Notes under the pieces: model-generated
Told to the model about the DNA's origin: nothing
Database searches by the model: none
The model's input: the letters and a program-made list of their open reading frames with translations, nothing else
Part shown: piece by piece, positions 48,048-55,671 of the stretch
How positions within the stretch are numbered: position 1 is the stretch's first letter
Layout: each line of letters starts with the position of its first letter
NCBI GenBank assembly: GCA_012841305.1
Contig: DUVA01000048.1
Location: forward strand, 1 to 55,671
DNA length: 55,671 nt
Source of the DNA: Bacillota bacterium
GTDB taxonomy: Bacteria > Bacillota > SHA-98 > UBA4971
Direction: 5' to 3'
Made by a program: the position numbers and the translations under genes

Positions 48048-49298
48048 TTACATAACAATCTTCAACAGCCAAAATATCGTGCTGGAATCCCATCCCAGAT
48101 CCCATGGGACATGATAACGGTCAGCGGTATGAGAGTTCACTAGCAGGTATAAGCCGGAGTCTGCGCCGACGACTACCGCAAAATGCGCAATCCTGCCGTT
48201 TTCCTCATAGGCAATGAGGTCTCCTCTGTTGAGCGCCCCTATGGCCCCTGCGGGGTGTGCTTCGCTGGTTGTTATTAGGTCAGCATATGTGCCGCGGGCG
48301 AGCCTTTGAGCTCGTCCGCTGCTCAACAAGAAACTAAGCAAACTCGATGCCTGGGCCCAAGCAGACGTCGCTCCCGCGGCGTGTCCGTACGGAGCATACC
48401 TCCAAGCATAAGTCATAGGAAGATTGCCGGCTTCTGCATCACCTAACACTTGGGACGCGAAATTCGTGCAATCACCTCCAAGGCCTGTGTAGTTCTTATA
48501 TGCAGGGTTATACTTGCGGTTATTGCCGCAGCCCCATGCTAACCCACAATACTTGTTTGCATAGGCGACTGCGTTCTCTCTATTATAGAGGTAAGCACGT
48601 TCTTTGGCGTCCGCTTCGTCAGTGGTTCCGGACAGATTTCCCGACGCGTATGGCGATGAATATGCTGAAGCAGGAATGGCTGTAAGCTGTGGGAACATGA
48701 AATCATCCGATGATGTGACATATATCTCAAAGGATGAACCAAGTGCAGTCGCTGAGCTTATGGAGCTTGCATCTACGTCCAAGGGATCTAAATACCAATC
48801 CCGTCTGATGACCCATTCCCCGTCTTTGAATGTAAGCTCCAGCAAGTGTTCGGTACCAATGCCGAAGTAGTCTGGTTCGGACTCAGATACGGATTCATGT
48901 TTGTAGCAGATTCTGACGCTCTCATCCAGCTCGATCCAGGCGGTAGTCCCTTTGAGTTCTATTGAGGTGATTCTAAACTGAACCTCAGTATCGAGAAACC
49001 TGATACTACGGGCAGCGCTCCACGCTTGAAGGTACGCACTCCTTCTGGTTTCATGCTCAAAAGCCCACTGTCCGTAACGGGAATCAAGATCATAATGGGA
49101 CATCAACGTGTCTGTGTCTCCGTTGACAATAGCCTTAGCCCTGCCGGTAAGAAGCATGTCAAGGCGCATGTTAATTACTCTTTCCAGAGATAAAGGTATC
49201 CCTGCAACCGGTCGATGAGGGATACCTTTTAATGTTATCACAATACTGATGACGGCAATTAGGCCCAGTAAAAGTCTTCTTCCATATAACACATACAT
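48048..49298 (-). CDS. Amidase_6 domain protein (YhbB-like)
   Basis: YNRENAVAYA.KY, GGDCTNFASQ, GDLIAY, HFAVV, LVNSHT.DR. Confidence 0.85.
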   Translation of the reverse strand: MYVLYGRRLLLGLIAVISIVITLKGIPHRPVAGIPLSLERVINMRLDMLLTGRAKAIVNGDTDTLMSHYDLDSRYGQWAFEHETRRSAYLQAWSAARSIRFLDTEVQFRITSIELKGTTAWIELDESVRICYKHESVSESEPDYFGIGTEHLLELTFKDGEWVIRRDWYLDPLDVDASSISSATALGSSFEIYVTSSDDFMFPQLTAIPASAYSSPYASGNLSGTTDEADAKERAYLYNRENAVAYANKYCGLAWGCGNNRKYNPAYKNYTGLGGDCTNFASQVLGDAEAGNLPMTYAWRYAPYGHAAGATSAWAQASSLLSFLLSSGRAQRLARGTYADLITTSEAHPAGAIGALNRGDLIAYEENGRIAHFAVVVGADSGLYLLVNSHTADRYHVPWDLGWDSSTIFWLLKIVM

Positions 49299-49319
49299 TT
49301 CAATTCCCTTTACTTGCCC

Positions 49320-49505
49320 TTACTTGCTTGGCATCCCACGGTTAAGTGCGCTTATAATTAATCTTGCTTGTTGCGGACGGAGTTTCACAACACCTAATTC
49401 CGCCTTAACTACAAGTTCAAAAGGGATTCCTGTGCGTATCGAAAGCTCTTTGGCGCTTATGCCCGCCTTTTGCCTGAGCTTCAATAAAGTGGTCATGTTG
49501 CCCAT
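49320..49505 (-). CDS. Small XRE-family helix-turn-helix protein
   Basis: LRQKAGISAKELS..TGI...V.K.E.G pattern; RBS GGGAGAGG. Confidence 0.7.
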   Translation of the reverse strand: MGNMTTLLKLRQKAGISAKELSIRTGIPFELVVKAELGVVKLRPQQARLIISALNRGMPSK

Positions 49506-49615
49506 CCTCTCCCTACATGGCTTATACTACCAGTATAGTGAGGATGTCCCTTTTTTATGCCAAGTCAAATATATAAAGGTTTTGATCTCTTTCCATATGC
49601 GGCAAGCCGAAGCTC

Positions 49616-50107
49616 CTAACCGGCTGAAGGCACTTCCTCCGCCAGTTCTCTTACGCGGGTGTCTGCCAGTCTGTCACCGAGTCTCTTCCCTTCCGGATCC
49701 GTAAACACCAACGCAATTTCAATAATGCCGATGATGGTAGTTACGCCTGTCAACAGAGACCAACTGGACCATGCCAGTGCTCGATAAGACAGCAACGAAA
49801 TTACGAATGACAGAAGCTGTCCTATTGCCAGAGGCCAGTTACGTCTGGCGGACAATTGAATATCCACATCACTGCCACCCGGTCCTACAACCTCGAGACG
49901 CATAACCCTTTTACCAATACTTTGGTTCTTCCACGCCGGATCCTTCAGTAGTTCAAACATTATGGCGTCCTTAACTAGGATATACGCGCCCCCAATCAGA
50001 GACCCTATTCCGCGAAACGGGATAATACTTGACACCACCGCTGCTATAACTGTATCAATTAGTGCCGCAATAAGTCGTTTGCCCAAATCAGCCTTTCCCT
50101 TTCCCAA
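49616..50107 (-). CDS. RDD family membrane protein
   Basis: KRLIAALID, QSIGKRVM.L.V, RRN, GKRLGD.LA.T.V. Confidence 0.9.
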   Translation of the reverse strand: MGKGKADLGKRLIAALIDTVIAAVVSSIIPFRGIGSLIGGAYILVKDAIMFELLKDPAWKNQSIGKRVMRLEVVGPGGSDVDIQLSARRNWPLAIGQLLSFVISLLSYRALAWSSWSLLTGVTTIIGIIEIALVFTDPEGKRLGDRLADTRVRELAEEVPSAG

Positions 50108-50145
50108 GAGAACTCACCCCTTTTTGTCGTCATACTAACGACATT

Positions 50146-50172
50146 ATTCACCTTTCAACAGATTTATCCTTC
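50146..50172 (-). promoter_or_regulatory. SigH-type promoter for the RDD gene
   Basis: Minus strand GAAGGATAA-N11-GGTGAAT. Confidence 0.55.
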
Positions 50173-50401
50173 CAGAAACTTCATGTGAGTCCGAATATTT
50201 CCTCAACAAAACACTTATGCGAAGTATCGCAGAGCGACATGTCGAGAAGCGACTTATGGCAAAACGAAGCCACCCGGAGACAGGTATGACGTTTGCCATA
50301 TTCAGTGGTAATCTCCTGACATATGCGGGGTTTAGCAGGTATTTGCATTTCAGCATTGAATTTATTCTATTGACAAGTAATGGACTCTGCACGATTATTG
50401 T

Positions 50402-51736
50402 GTGGGCTTATTCTGCGCGACTATTCTCTGCGATTACAAGGGGGCGCATATTGAGGCAGTGAAACAGTTCGTCATCAGGATGATTAAAGGCTTTGAGCAG
50501 GCAAGCTCAAAATATCATATACCCTTTTTGATGGCTGTCTTATTAATAGCCGGAGGGGCTTTATGTATCATGGCCGGAACCGATGTGCATCCGGAGGCTG
50601 CAATGAATGAAGAGTTCCGAGGGCTGTGGGTTGTACGCACAAGCATGCAATCTCAAGAATCAATTGAGCAGGTGATCGAGAGAGCTGTAGAAAGCAATTT
50701 CAACGCCATCTTAGTCCAGGTCAATGGGCGCGGGGAAGCGTATTATGAAAGTGACATCGTGCCCAGGATGCCGGATGTGCCTGAAGGATTTGATCCTCTG
50801 GCGTTTTGCATCCAAAAGGCCCATGCTGCAGGCATAGAGGTGCACGCATGGATCAATGCTTTTACTGTAGGTGTGTTAGGGCGTAGTGATTATCAAGAGA
50901 AGCATGTGCTTAGTCAGCATCCTGAGTGGTCACTGGTAGATCTCGACCAGGTTTCGACCTTTGATTATACCCCGGGGACGGCCAGGGGTGAACTTGTTTC
51001 AGTGATGCTGGATCCTGCAATAGAGGGCGTAAAGGAGTACGTCCGTGAGGTGTTCATGGAGGTAGTCACTAACTACGATGTGGACGGTGTCCATTTCGAC
51101 TACATTAGATATCCCGGTAAGAAGTATGGGTATGGCCAAGAGGCTAGGGATGGGTTCAGAGAACTCACAGGCTATGATCCGCTGGACCTTGTAAAGCAGC
51201 CGGAGGCCTTGCGCGGCACAATCATAGATGGGAACGACCTCTTTGAGAGTCTCAGCGATAGGTGGGACGAGTTTCGCTGTGAGCAAGTGACTGAGGTGGT
51301 GCGGAGAGTCTATCAAGATGTTAAGCGGGCAAAGCCTGATGTAGTAGTGTCTTGTGCTGTGTTCCCCGATGCGGATCAGTCTCGTGCCTTGAGAATGCAG
51401 GATTGGCGGAGCTGGATTCAAGAAGGCATTGTAGACTTCGTAGTGCCAATGGCGTATACGCCGGATACCCAGAAGTTCATAGGCCATATCAGAACGGCTG
51501 TGGAAACGCCGCCCGGCGGAAAGGCTTTGGCCGGTGTCGGGGTTTATCTTATGCTGGACGATCCCAAGGACTGCATAGAAAAGATTGATGCTGCAAGGGA
51601 ACTTGGAACACCTGGGATAGTCCTATTTTCATACGATTCCATCAAGGAAAGGACAGGCTATTGGGAAGCTTTGGCGCGCGGTCCATTCAGTGATCAGGCA
51701 ACGGCCCCGAAAATGATCCGCCAGGCCTCAGACTGA
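50402..51736 (+). CDS. GHL10/DUF187 glycoside hydrolase-like protein (YddW/DigH-like); true start probably 50459-50480
   Basis: EFRGLWV, FDPL..I..AH..GIEVHAW, LDPA, YDVDGVHFDY.RYP, QDW..W...G.VD..PMAY. Confidence 0.88.
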   Translation: MGLFCATILCDYKGAHIEAVKQFVIRMIKGFEQASSKYHIPFLMAVLLIAGGALCIMAGTDVHPEAAMNEEFRGLWVVRTSMQSQESIEQVIERAVESNFNAILVQVNGRGEAYYESDIVPRMPDVPEGFDPLAFCIQKAHAAGIEVHAWINAFTVGVLGRSDYQEKHVLSQHPEWSLVDLDQVSTFDYTPGTARGELVSVMLDPAIEGVKEYVREVFMEVVTNYDVDGVHFDYIRYPGKKYGYGQEARDGFRELTGYDPLDLVKQPEALRGTIIDGNDLFESLSDRWDEFRCEQVTEVVRRVYQDVKRAKPDVVVSCAVFPDADQSRALRMQDWRSWIQEGIVDFVVPMAYTPDTQKFIGHIRTAVETPPGGKALAGVGVYLMLDDPKDCIEKIDAARELGTPGIVLFSYDSIKERTGYWEALARGPFSDQATAPKMIRQASD

Positions 51737-52121
51737 CTAATCGGCGTGTCCTACAGTCTGTCTGATCATGTTCTTCACAGAAGGCAGCTCGCGGTGAACG
51801 ACATTCCATACTGTTCAATTGCCTGAATGCAATCTAGTATGTGGTGAAGGTAGACGGTGTCATCTTCCATAGCTCTACTGACTCCCGCACAATGTTATCT
51901 CGCGCATTTGAGTGTACCGCTTTTTTAGTCATTGTGAACTTACCTGCTTAACAGGGTTTCAAGCTTATCTTTTAGTAAGTGCCTAAGGGCTTCCACATAG
52001 GGTGGTGCCGACTACATAGAATGCTGCCGGCCAGTCATCTACACAGAATTATCTACATTCCAATTTGCACTTCCTTGCAAAACACGTGTGGGAAGTGCAT
52101 GCGTGCCGTCGCTCTGAAGAG

Positions 52122-52574
52122 GTGGTCGATTTCCAACCACTTTTTTCAAGACGTTGCTTCAATTTCTACCACCTAATGGGATTGTTGGAATAAAAAATGC
52201 ATAAGTGATAGGTTCTCGACCACCTCCAACGGCAACGGTGGTTGTTTTTCGACCACATCTTTGGGCTAATGAAGGATTTCAATGCCTCTTTGAGGCGCAG
52301 GTGGAAGGTTTTCTACCACTTTTTTGGAAAAGGTGGCAGTTTTTCGCTCACCTTTTTGAAAAATGTGGTTGATTTTGTATCCACGATCCTTATGTGAAGG
52401 GGTTCTCTGTGATGAGGTGGTCTATATCCTACCACCTTGACGCTTGGGCCTGGTCGATAACCGACCACTAACAAGCCTCGACGTGGTCGATTATCAACCA
52501 CTCAGGCGATCCCTCTCGAAAAAGTGGTAGAAAATCATACAGCAAAAGAGAATTTGTGGTCGTTTTACGACCAC
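52122..52574. repeat. Array of about twelve 19-bp palindromes (consensus GTGGTCGA-N3-TCGACCAC)
   Basis: Units at 52122, 52154, 52205, 52238, 52301, 52333, 52365, 52417, 52450, 52483, 52524, 52556. Confidence 0.88.
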
Positions 52575-52579
52575 ACCGC

Positions 52580-52797
52580 ATGAGGCTTACAGTATGAGGC
52601 TCACAATATGAGGTTTACAGCATGACGCTTACAGTGAAGGTTCGGAATCAAGGGACTTAAGGTCAAGGGGCTTAAAGTCAAAGGACTCAATGCAGTTAAG
52701 GTTGAGCGTTGGAGCTCACCGTCGGGACGTGGAGCTGAGGCTTACATTTTTTGGACGAGTAGTAGACGAGTAGTAGATGAACGGTAGACGAATAGGA
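52580..52797. repeat. Three consecutive short tandem repeats (14, 15 and 11 bp)
   Basis: ATGAGGCTTACAGT x4 (52580-52635); TCAAGGGACTTAAGG x3 (52648-52692); GACGAGTAGTA x4 (52754-52797). Confidence 0.85.
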
Positions 52798-52877
52798 TCA
52801 GACGGAGATCTCGCACCTCCAAATTTGACGAAAAGGCCAACATGGCTCGAAAAACATTGAAAAACATTTAGGTTTGG

Positions 52878-52943
52878 GAAGGAATATCAGAAGTGCCGTA
52901 GAATGATAAGCTACAATGGCACATTTGTGCGGAACATATGTGC
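52878..52943 (+). promoter_or_regulatory. SigH-type promoter followed by a tandem palindromic operator
   Basis: GAAGGAATA-N11-GTAGAAT, then GCACATTTGTGC (52919) and GAACATATGTGC (52932). Confidence 0.55.
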
Positions 52944-53081
52944 AAGCAGAAGCATCAGTGCGGCCTCTGAATACTCTCGGATTTCGCAGGGCCTATGCTC
53001 ACCTGCCGCGGTGCGCTCCGCCGCTGCACATGGCGCGCTGTGCGGCTGCACGCCGGTAATATGATTCCCAGGGGTGTAAGA

Positions 53082-54032
53082 ATGGCTTTTGATGAACGCA
53101 CGCTATATGAAATCGCCAGGCACTACCACGAGCTGGGCAAAACGCAAAACGAAATTGCCGACAGTTTAGGCATATCCAGAAGCCAGGTTTCAAGAGCCCT
53201 GAAACAAGCGCAGGATGAAGGGATCGTCGTGATACACGTAATCCCTCCTGAGTTTGATTTCACTGACCTCGAAGCCAAACTGTGCTCCGTCTTCGGCCTT
53301 CGCGACGCAGCGGTCATCTTAGGCAGCGCCGGCTCGTCCAGGCTGCTTACACAAAACTTGGGCATGGCAGGCGCCAAGTATCTCGACAAGACGCTGAAGG
53401 CCGGCCATGTGGTAGGGGTATCGTGGGGGGCGACTCTCCGCGAACTCGTCGCAGCCTTTAGTGAGACAAAACCGACCCCCAGAGAGATAATGGTAGTTCC
53501 GCTTCTCGGCGGTCAGGGACAGGCCAGTCCCGACCTTCAAGTAAACGATATCGCATCCCGTGTCTCTATGACTTTTAGCGGGTCCCACCTATACCTGCAT
53601 GCTCCTTCATTTGTTGATACTCCTGAAGCACGCGCTACGATGCTGAACGACAGCAACATAAAGAACGTCGCGGACAAGTGGGCAACCGCGGACGTGGCCG
53701 TAATGGGAATAGGCTGTTTCGTCCCTCCTTCAACTTTGCTGGAGGAAGGAGGCTTTCCTCCTGACGAGTTAATCGAACTTGCGAAAATGGGGGTAGTCGG
53801 CGATATTTGCATGAGATTCTTCGATGTGCATGGCGAACCTGTCAATACTCCGCTGGGGGAACGGATCATCGGGGCAAGTCTGGAGCAGTTAAAGAGTATA
53901 GAGTGTGTTGTGGCGGTTGCAGGCGGTGTGAACAAAGCCCAGGCAATACTCGGAGCGCTCAGAACCGGTGTCGTGGATGTGTTAATTACTGATGATGTAG
54001 CTGCTCGAAGGGTGCTGGAAATGGCATCATGA
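53082..54032 (+). CDS. SorC/DeoR-family sugar-binding transcriptional regulator
   Basis: YH..G.TQ.EIA..LGISRSQVSR.L..A..EG.V; GVSWG.T; GVVGDIC; VAGG..K; LITD. Confidence 0.94.
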   Translation: MAFDERTLYEIARHYHELGKTQNEIADSLGISRSQVSRALKQAQDEGIVVIHVIPPEFDFTDLEAKLCSVFGLRDAAVILGSAGSSRLLTQNLGMAGAKYLDKTLKAGHVVGVSWGATLRELVAAFSETKPTPREIMVVPLLGGQGQASPDLQVNDIASRVSMTFSGSHLYLHAPSFVDTPEARATMLNDSNIKNVADKWATADVAVMGIGCFVPPSTLLEEGGFPPDELIELAKMGVVGDICMRFFDVHGEPVNTPLGERIIGASLEQLKSIECVVAVAGGVNKAQAILGALRTGVVDVLITDDVAARRVLEMAS

Positions 54033-54122
54033 TGACCATCGTGATGATCGCCGTGATGACGTTTGTCTTACGGTATCGAGCCTATTTTGATCCCGTCAAA
54101 TCAAACTAAGGGGGTAATCTGA

Positions 54123-54758
54123 ATGCCGCTTGGGCAAGGAGCTTTAGGGCTTGGGGTGTCATACGTATTGGCAGTTGGTTATCTACTTCTGATGAGGCTT
54201 CTCGGAGGCATATTGAGCAAGCAGTATCCTGAAGAACACGGTGTCGTATGGGACACGCGCACAATTTCTCGTGTGACGATATTAGCTGCAGTGGCAGGGG
54301 CAGGCGCGATGATTAAGATACCGGGACCTGCTACCACCATTGCCCTTGATGCTGCTGCCGGTTATTTTGCTGCTGCGTATTTCGGATGGCCTGTCGGTGC
54401 CACGGTGGCTGTGATAGGAACCTTCCTGGCAAACGCTCTGGGAGGCTTCGCCAGCTGGTTCCCGATGGTTCCGATCTACATGTGCGCAATGGCTTTTACA
54501 GTCACGCTCGGAGTGTTTGTGGCGAAGAAGACTAATATCCTGTTTGCAATCATAGTCGGCACGATAGTAAACACAGTGACTTGCTTGGGTCCATGGGTGA
54601 TTATGATAGGCCCTGCCTTGATGATTGCTTTACTGCCATCCCAGCTGATCGGCTCAGCAGTGAATGCGGCTGCCGGCCTGACAGTGGCACGGGCTCTAAG
54701 GAGCGCTCAGAAACACGGAAAACGCGAAATCGATGAGCACATAGAGCCTGGGGCCTGA
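54123..54758 (+). CDS. ECF transporter S component (putative)
   Basis: About 6 hydrophobic helices, 'TIALDA..GYF.A..FG..G..VA.IG'; followed by an ECF ATPase. Confidence 0.75.
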   Translation: MPLGQGALGLGVSYVLAVGYLLLMRLLGGILSKQYPEEHGVVWDTRTISRVTILAAVAGAGAMIKIPGPATTIALDAAAGYFAAAYFGWPVGATVAVIGTFLANALGGFASWFPMVPIYMCAMAFTVTLGVFVAKKTNILFAIIVGTIVNTVTCLGPWVIMIGPALMIALLPSQLIGSAVNAAAGLTVARALRSAQKHGKREIDEHIEPGA

Positions 54759-54823
54759 GGCCTGAGTGAGCACCGGCGGGGACCGGTGAGGACTAAAGTT
54801 TCAAGATGTGAGAGGTGTTCCAC

Positions 54824-55671
54824 TTGGAGCCTACGATTGTTTCACTTAAAGACGTGACCTTTGCTTACAAGGGCTCAAAACGACAAGCCCTAAAAGGTAT
54901 CTCCCTCGATGTCAAAGAGGGTGAGTGCGTAGCCATACTCGGCCCCACCGGCGCGGGTAAGAGCACTCTCGCGTGTGTCATAAACGGCACGGTGCCCCGG
55001 TTTATCGAGGGGACGCTTACAGGAGACGTGGTTGTTGACGGCCAGATCCCAAATGACGTGGGAACCGCCCAGATGGCGTCTAGAGTAGGACTGGTGTTCG
55101 GCGACCCGGATACGCAACTCTTCGGAATGACGGTAGAAGAGGATGTAGCCTTTGGCCCGGCTAACCTCGGGTTTGATTATGAAACCATCATGGAGAGGAT
55201 CACCCGCGCCATAGAAGGCATGAGGCTTCAAGGCCTTGAACAGAGGGCTCCTCATCGCCTTTCAGGCGGACAGAAACAAGCGACCGCTATCGCAGGAGTC
55301 TATGCCATGCTTCCTAAGATTATGGTGCTGGATGAACCCACATCCATGCTGGATCCTGAGGGCAAGGCGCGTGTTTTCTCAATAATACGTGATCTCAACA
55401 AGTCCTTAGGGATGACTGTTATTTTGATTGAGCAAGAGGTTGATGACATACTTGAGCTGGCGGATCGGGTCTTTGTAATGAAATCAGGTGAGTTTGTTCT
55501 CGGCGGTACGCAGGACGAGGTGTTTGCCGCTGTCGATGTGCTGAAGGAAGTGGGCATAAGAGTACCCAGCATTGTTGAGTTCGGAAATCTCATAGGTGCT
55601 CAGAAAACGCCTTTCTCGGTGGAAGAGGCGGTGTCAATTGTCAAAGGCGGGGCTTGGAAGGAAGCTTCGGA
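54824..55671 (+). CDS. ECF/ABC transporter ATPase (EcfA/CbiO-like), truncated by window end; absent from ORF track
   Basis: Hand translation from TTG 54824: ALKGISL.V..GE.VAILGPTGAGKSTL, TVEEDVAFGP.NLG, LSGGQKQ, LDEPTSMLDP. Confidence 0.92.
   Translation, partial: MEPTIVSLKDVTFAYKGSKRQALKGISLDVKEGECVAILGPTGAGKSTLACVINGTVPRFIEGTLTGDVVVDGQIPNDVGTAQMASRVGLVFGDPDTQLFGMTVEEDVAFGPANLGFDYETIMERITRAIEGMRLQGLEQRAPHRLSGGQKQATAIAGVYAMLPKIMVLDEPTSMLDPEGKARVFSIIRDLNKSLGMTVILIEQEVDDILELADRVFVMKSGEFVLGGTQDEVFAAVDVLKEVGIRVPSIVEFGNLIGAQKTPFSVEEAVSIVKGGAWKEAS

Noticed and set aside
52122-52797. oriC, plasmid iterons or parS site
   Set aside because: No DnaA-box cluster, rep or parAB genes were seen, and the dyad does not match the 16-bp parS TGTTTCACGTGAAACA.
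54029-54061. 12-bp TGATGAYCRYCG repeat at the SorC gene stop
   Set aside because: Only about 2.5 short copies; likely local slippage with no supportable function.
1-55671. tRNA, rRNA, riboswitches, IS transposases, prophage or defence genes
   Set aside because: None were recognisable by eye; a covariance-model and HMM search would be needed to exclude them formally.

Overview
Chromosomal window from an endospore-forming Bacillota (Firmicutes), inferred from yabG, veg, cwlD-like, SipL-like SPOCS and SASP genes. It holds an S8 protease with a BsuPI-like inhibitor, a yabE-rsmA-yabG-veg block, and a large spore-coat cluster of at least five DUF3794/SPOCS paralogs (about 16 domains). Also present: nucleoside catabolism genes (udp, deoB, deoC), an MrfA/Hrq1-type helicase, a GT4-GH57-nucleotidyltransferase alpha-glucan cluster, rubrerythrin, a chromate transporter pair, two SASPs, and a SorC regulator with an ECF transporter. 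The most unusual signal is non-coding. Several intergenic arrays of 19-bp imperfect palindromes occur in three sequence flavours (GTGTTCGA-N3-TCGAACAC, GTGGTCGA-N3-TCGACCAC, TGGCTCT-N5-AGAGCCA). Their spacings cluster at 32-33, 41, 51-52, 62-63, 72 and 104 bp, close to whole helical turns. One array is duplicated without gaps 37,580 bp away, and two arrays have short tandem-repeat tails. Other points of note: a REPIN-like dispersed element, a DeoC with a probable microcompartment encapsulation peptide, and an uncalled 50-aa zinc-ribbon ORF. All calls are by eye; no database searches were run.
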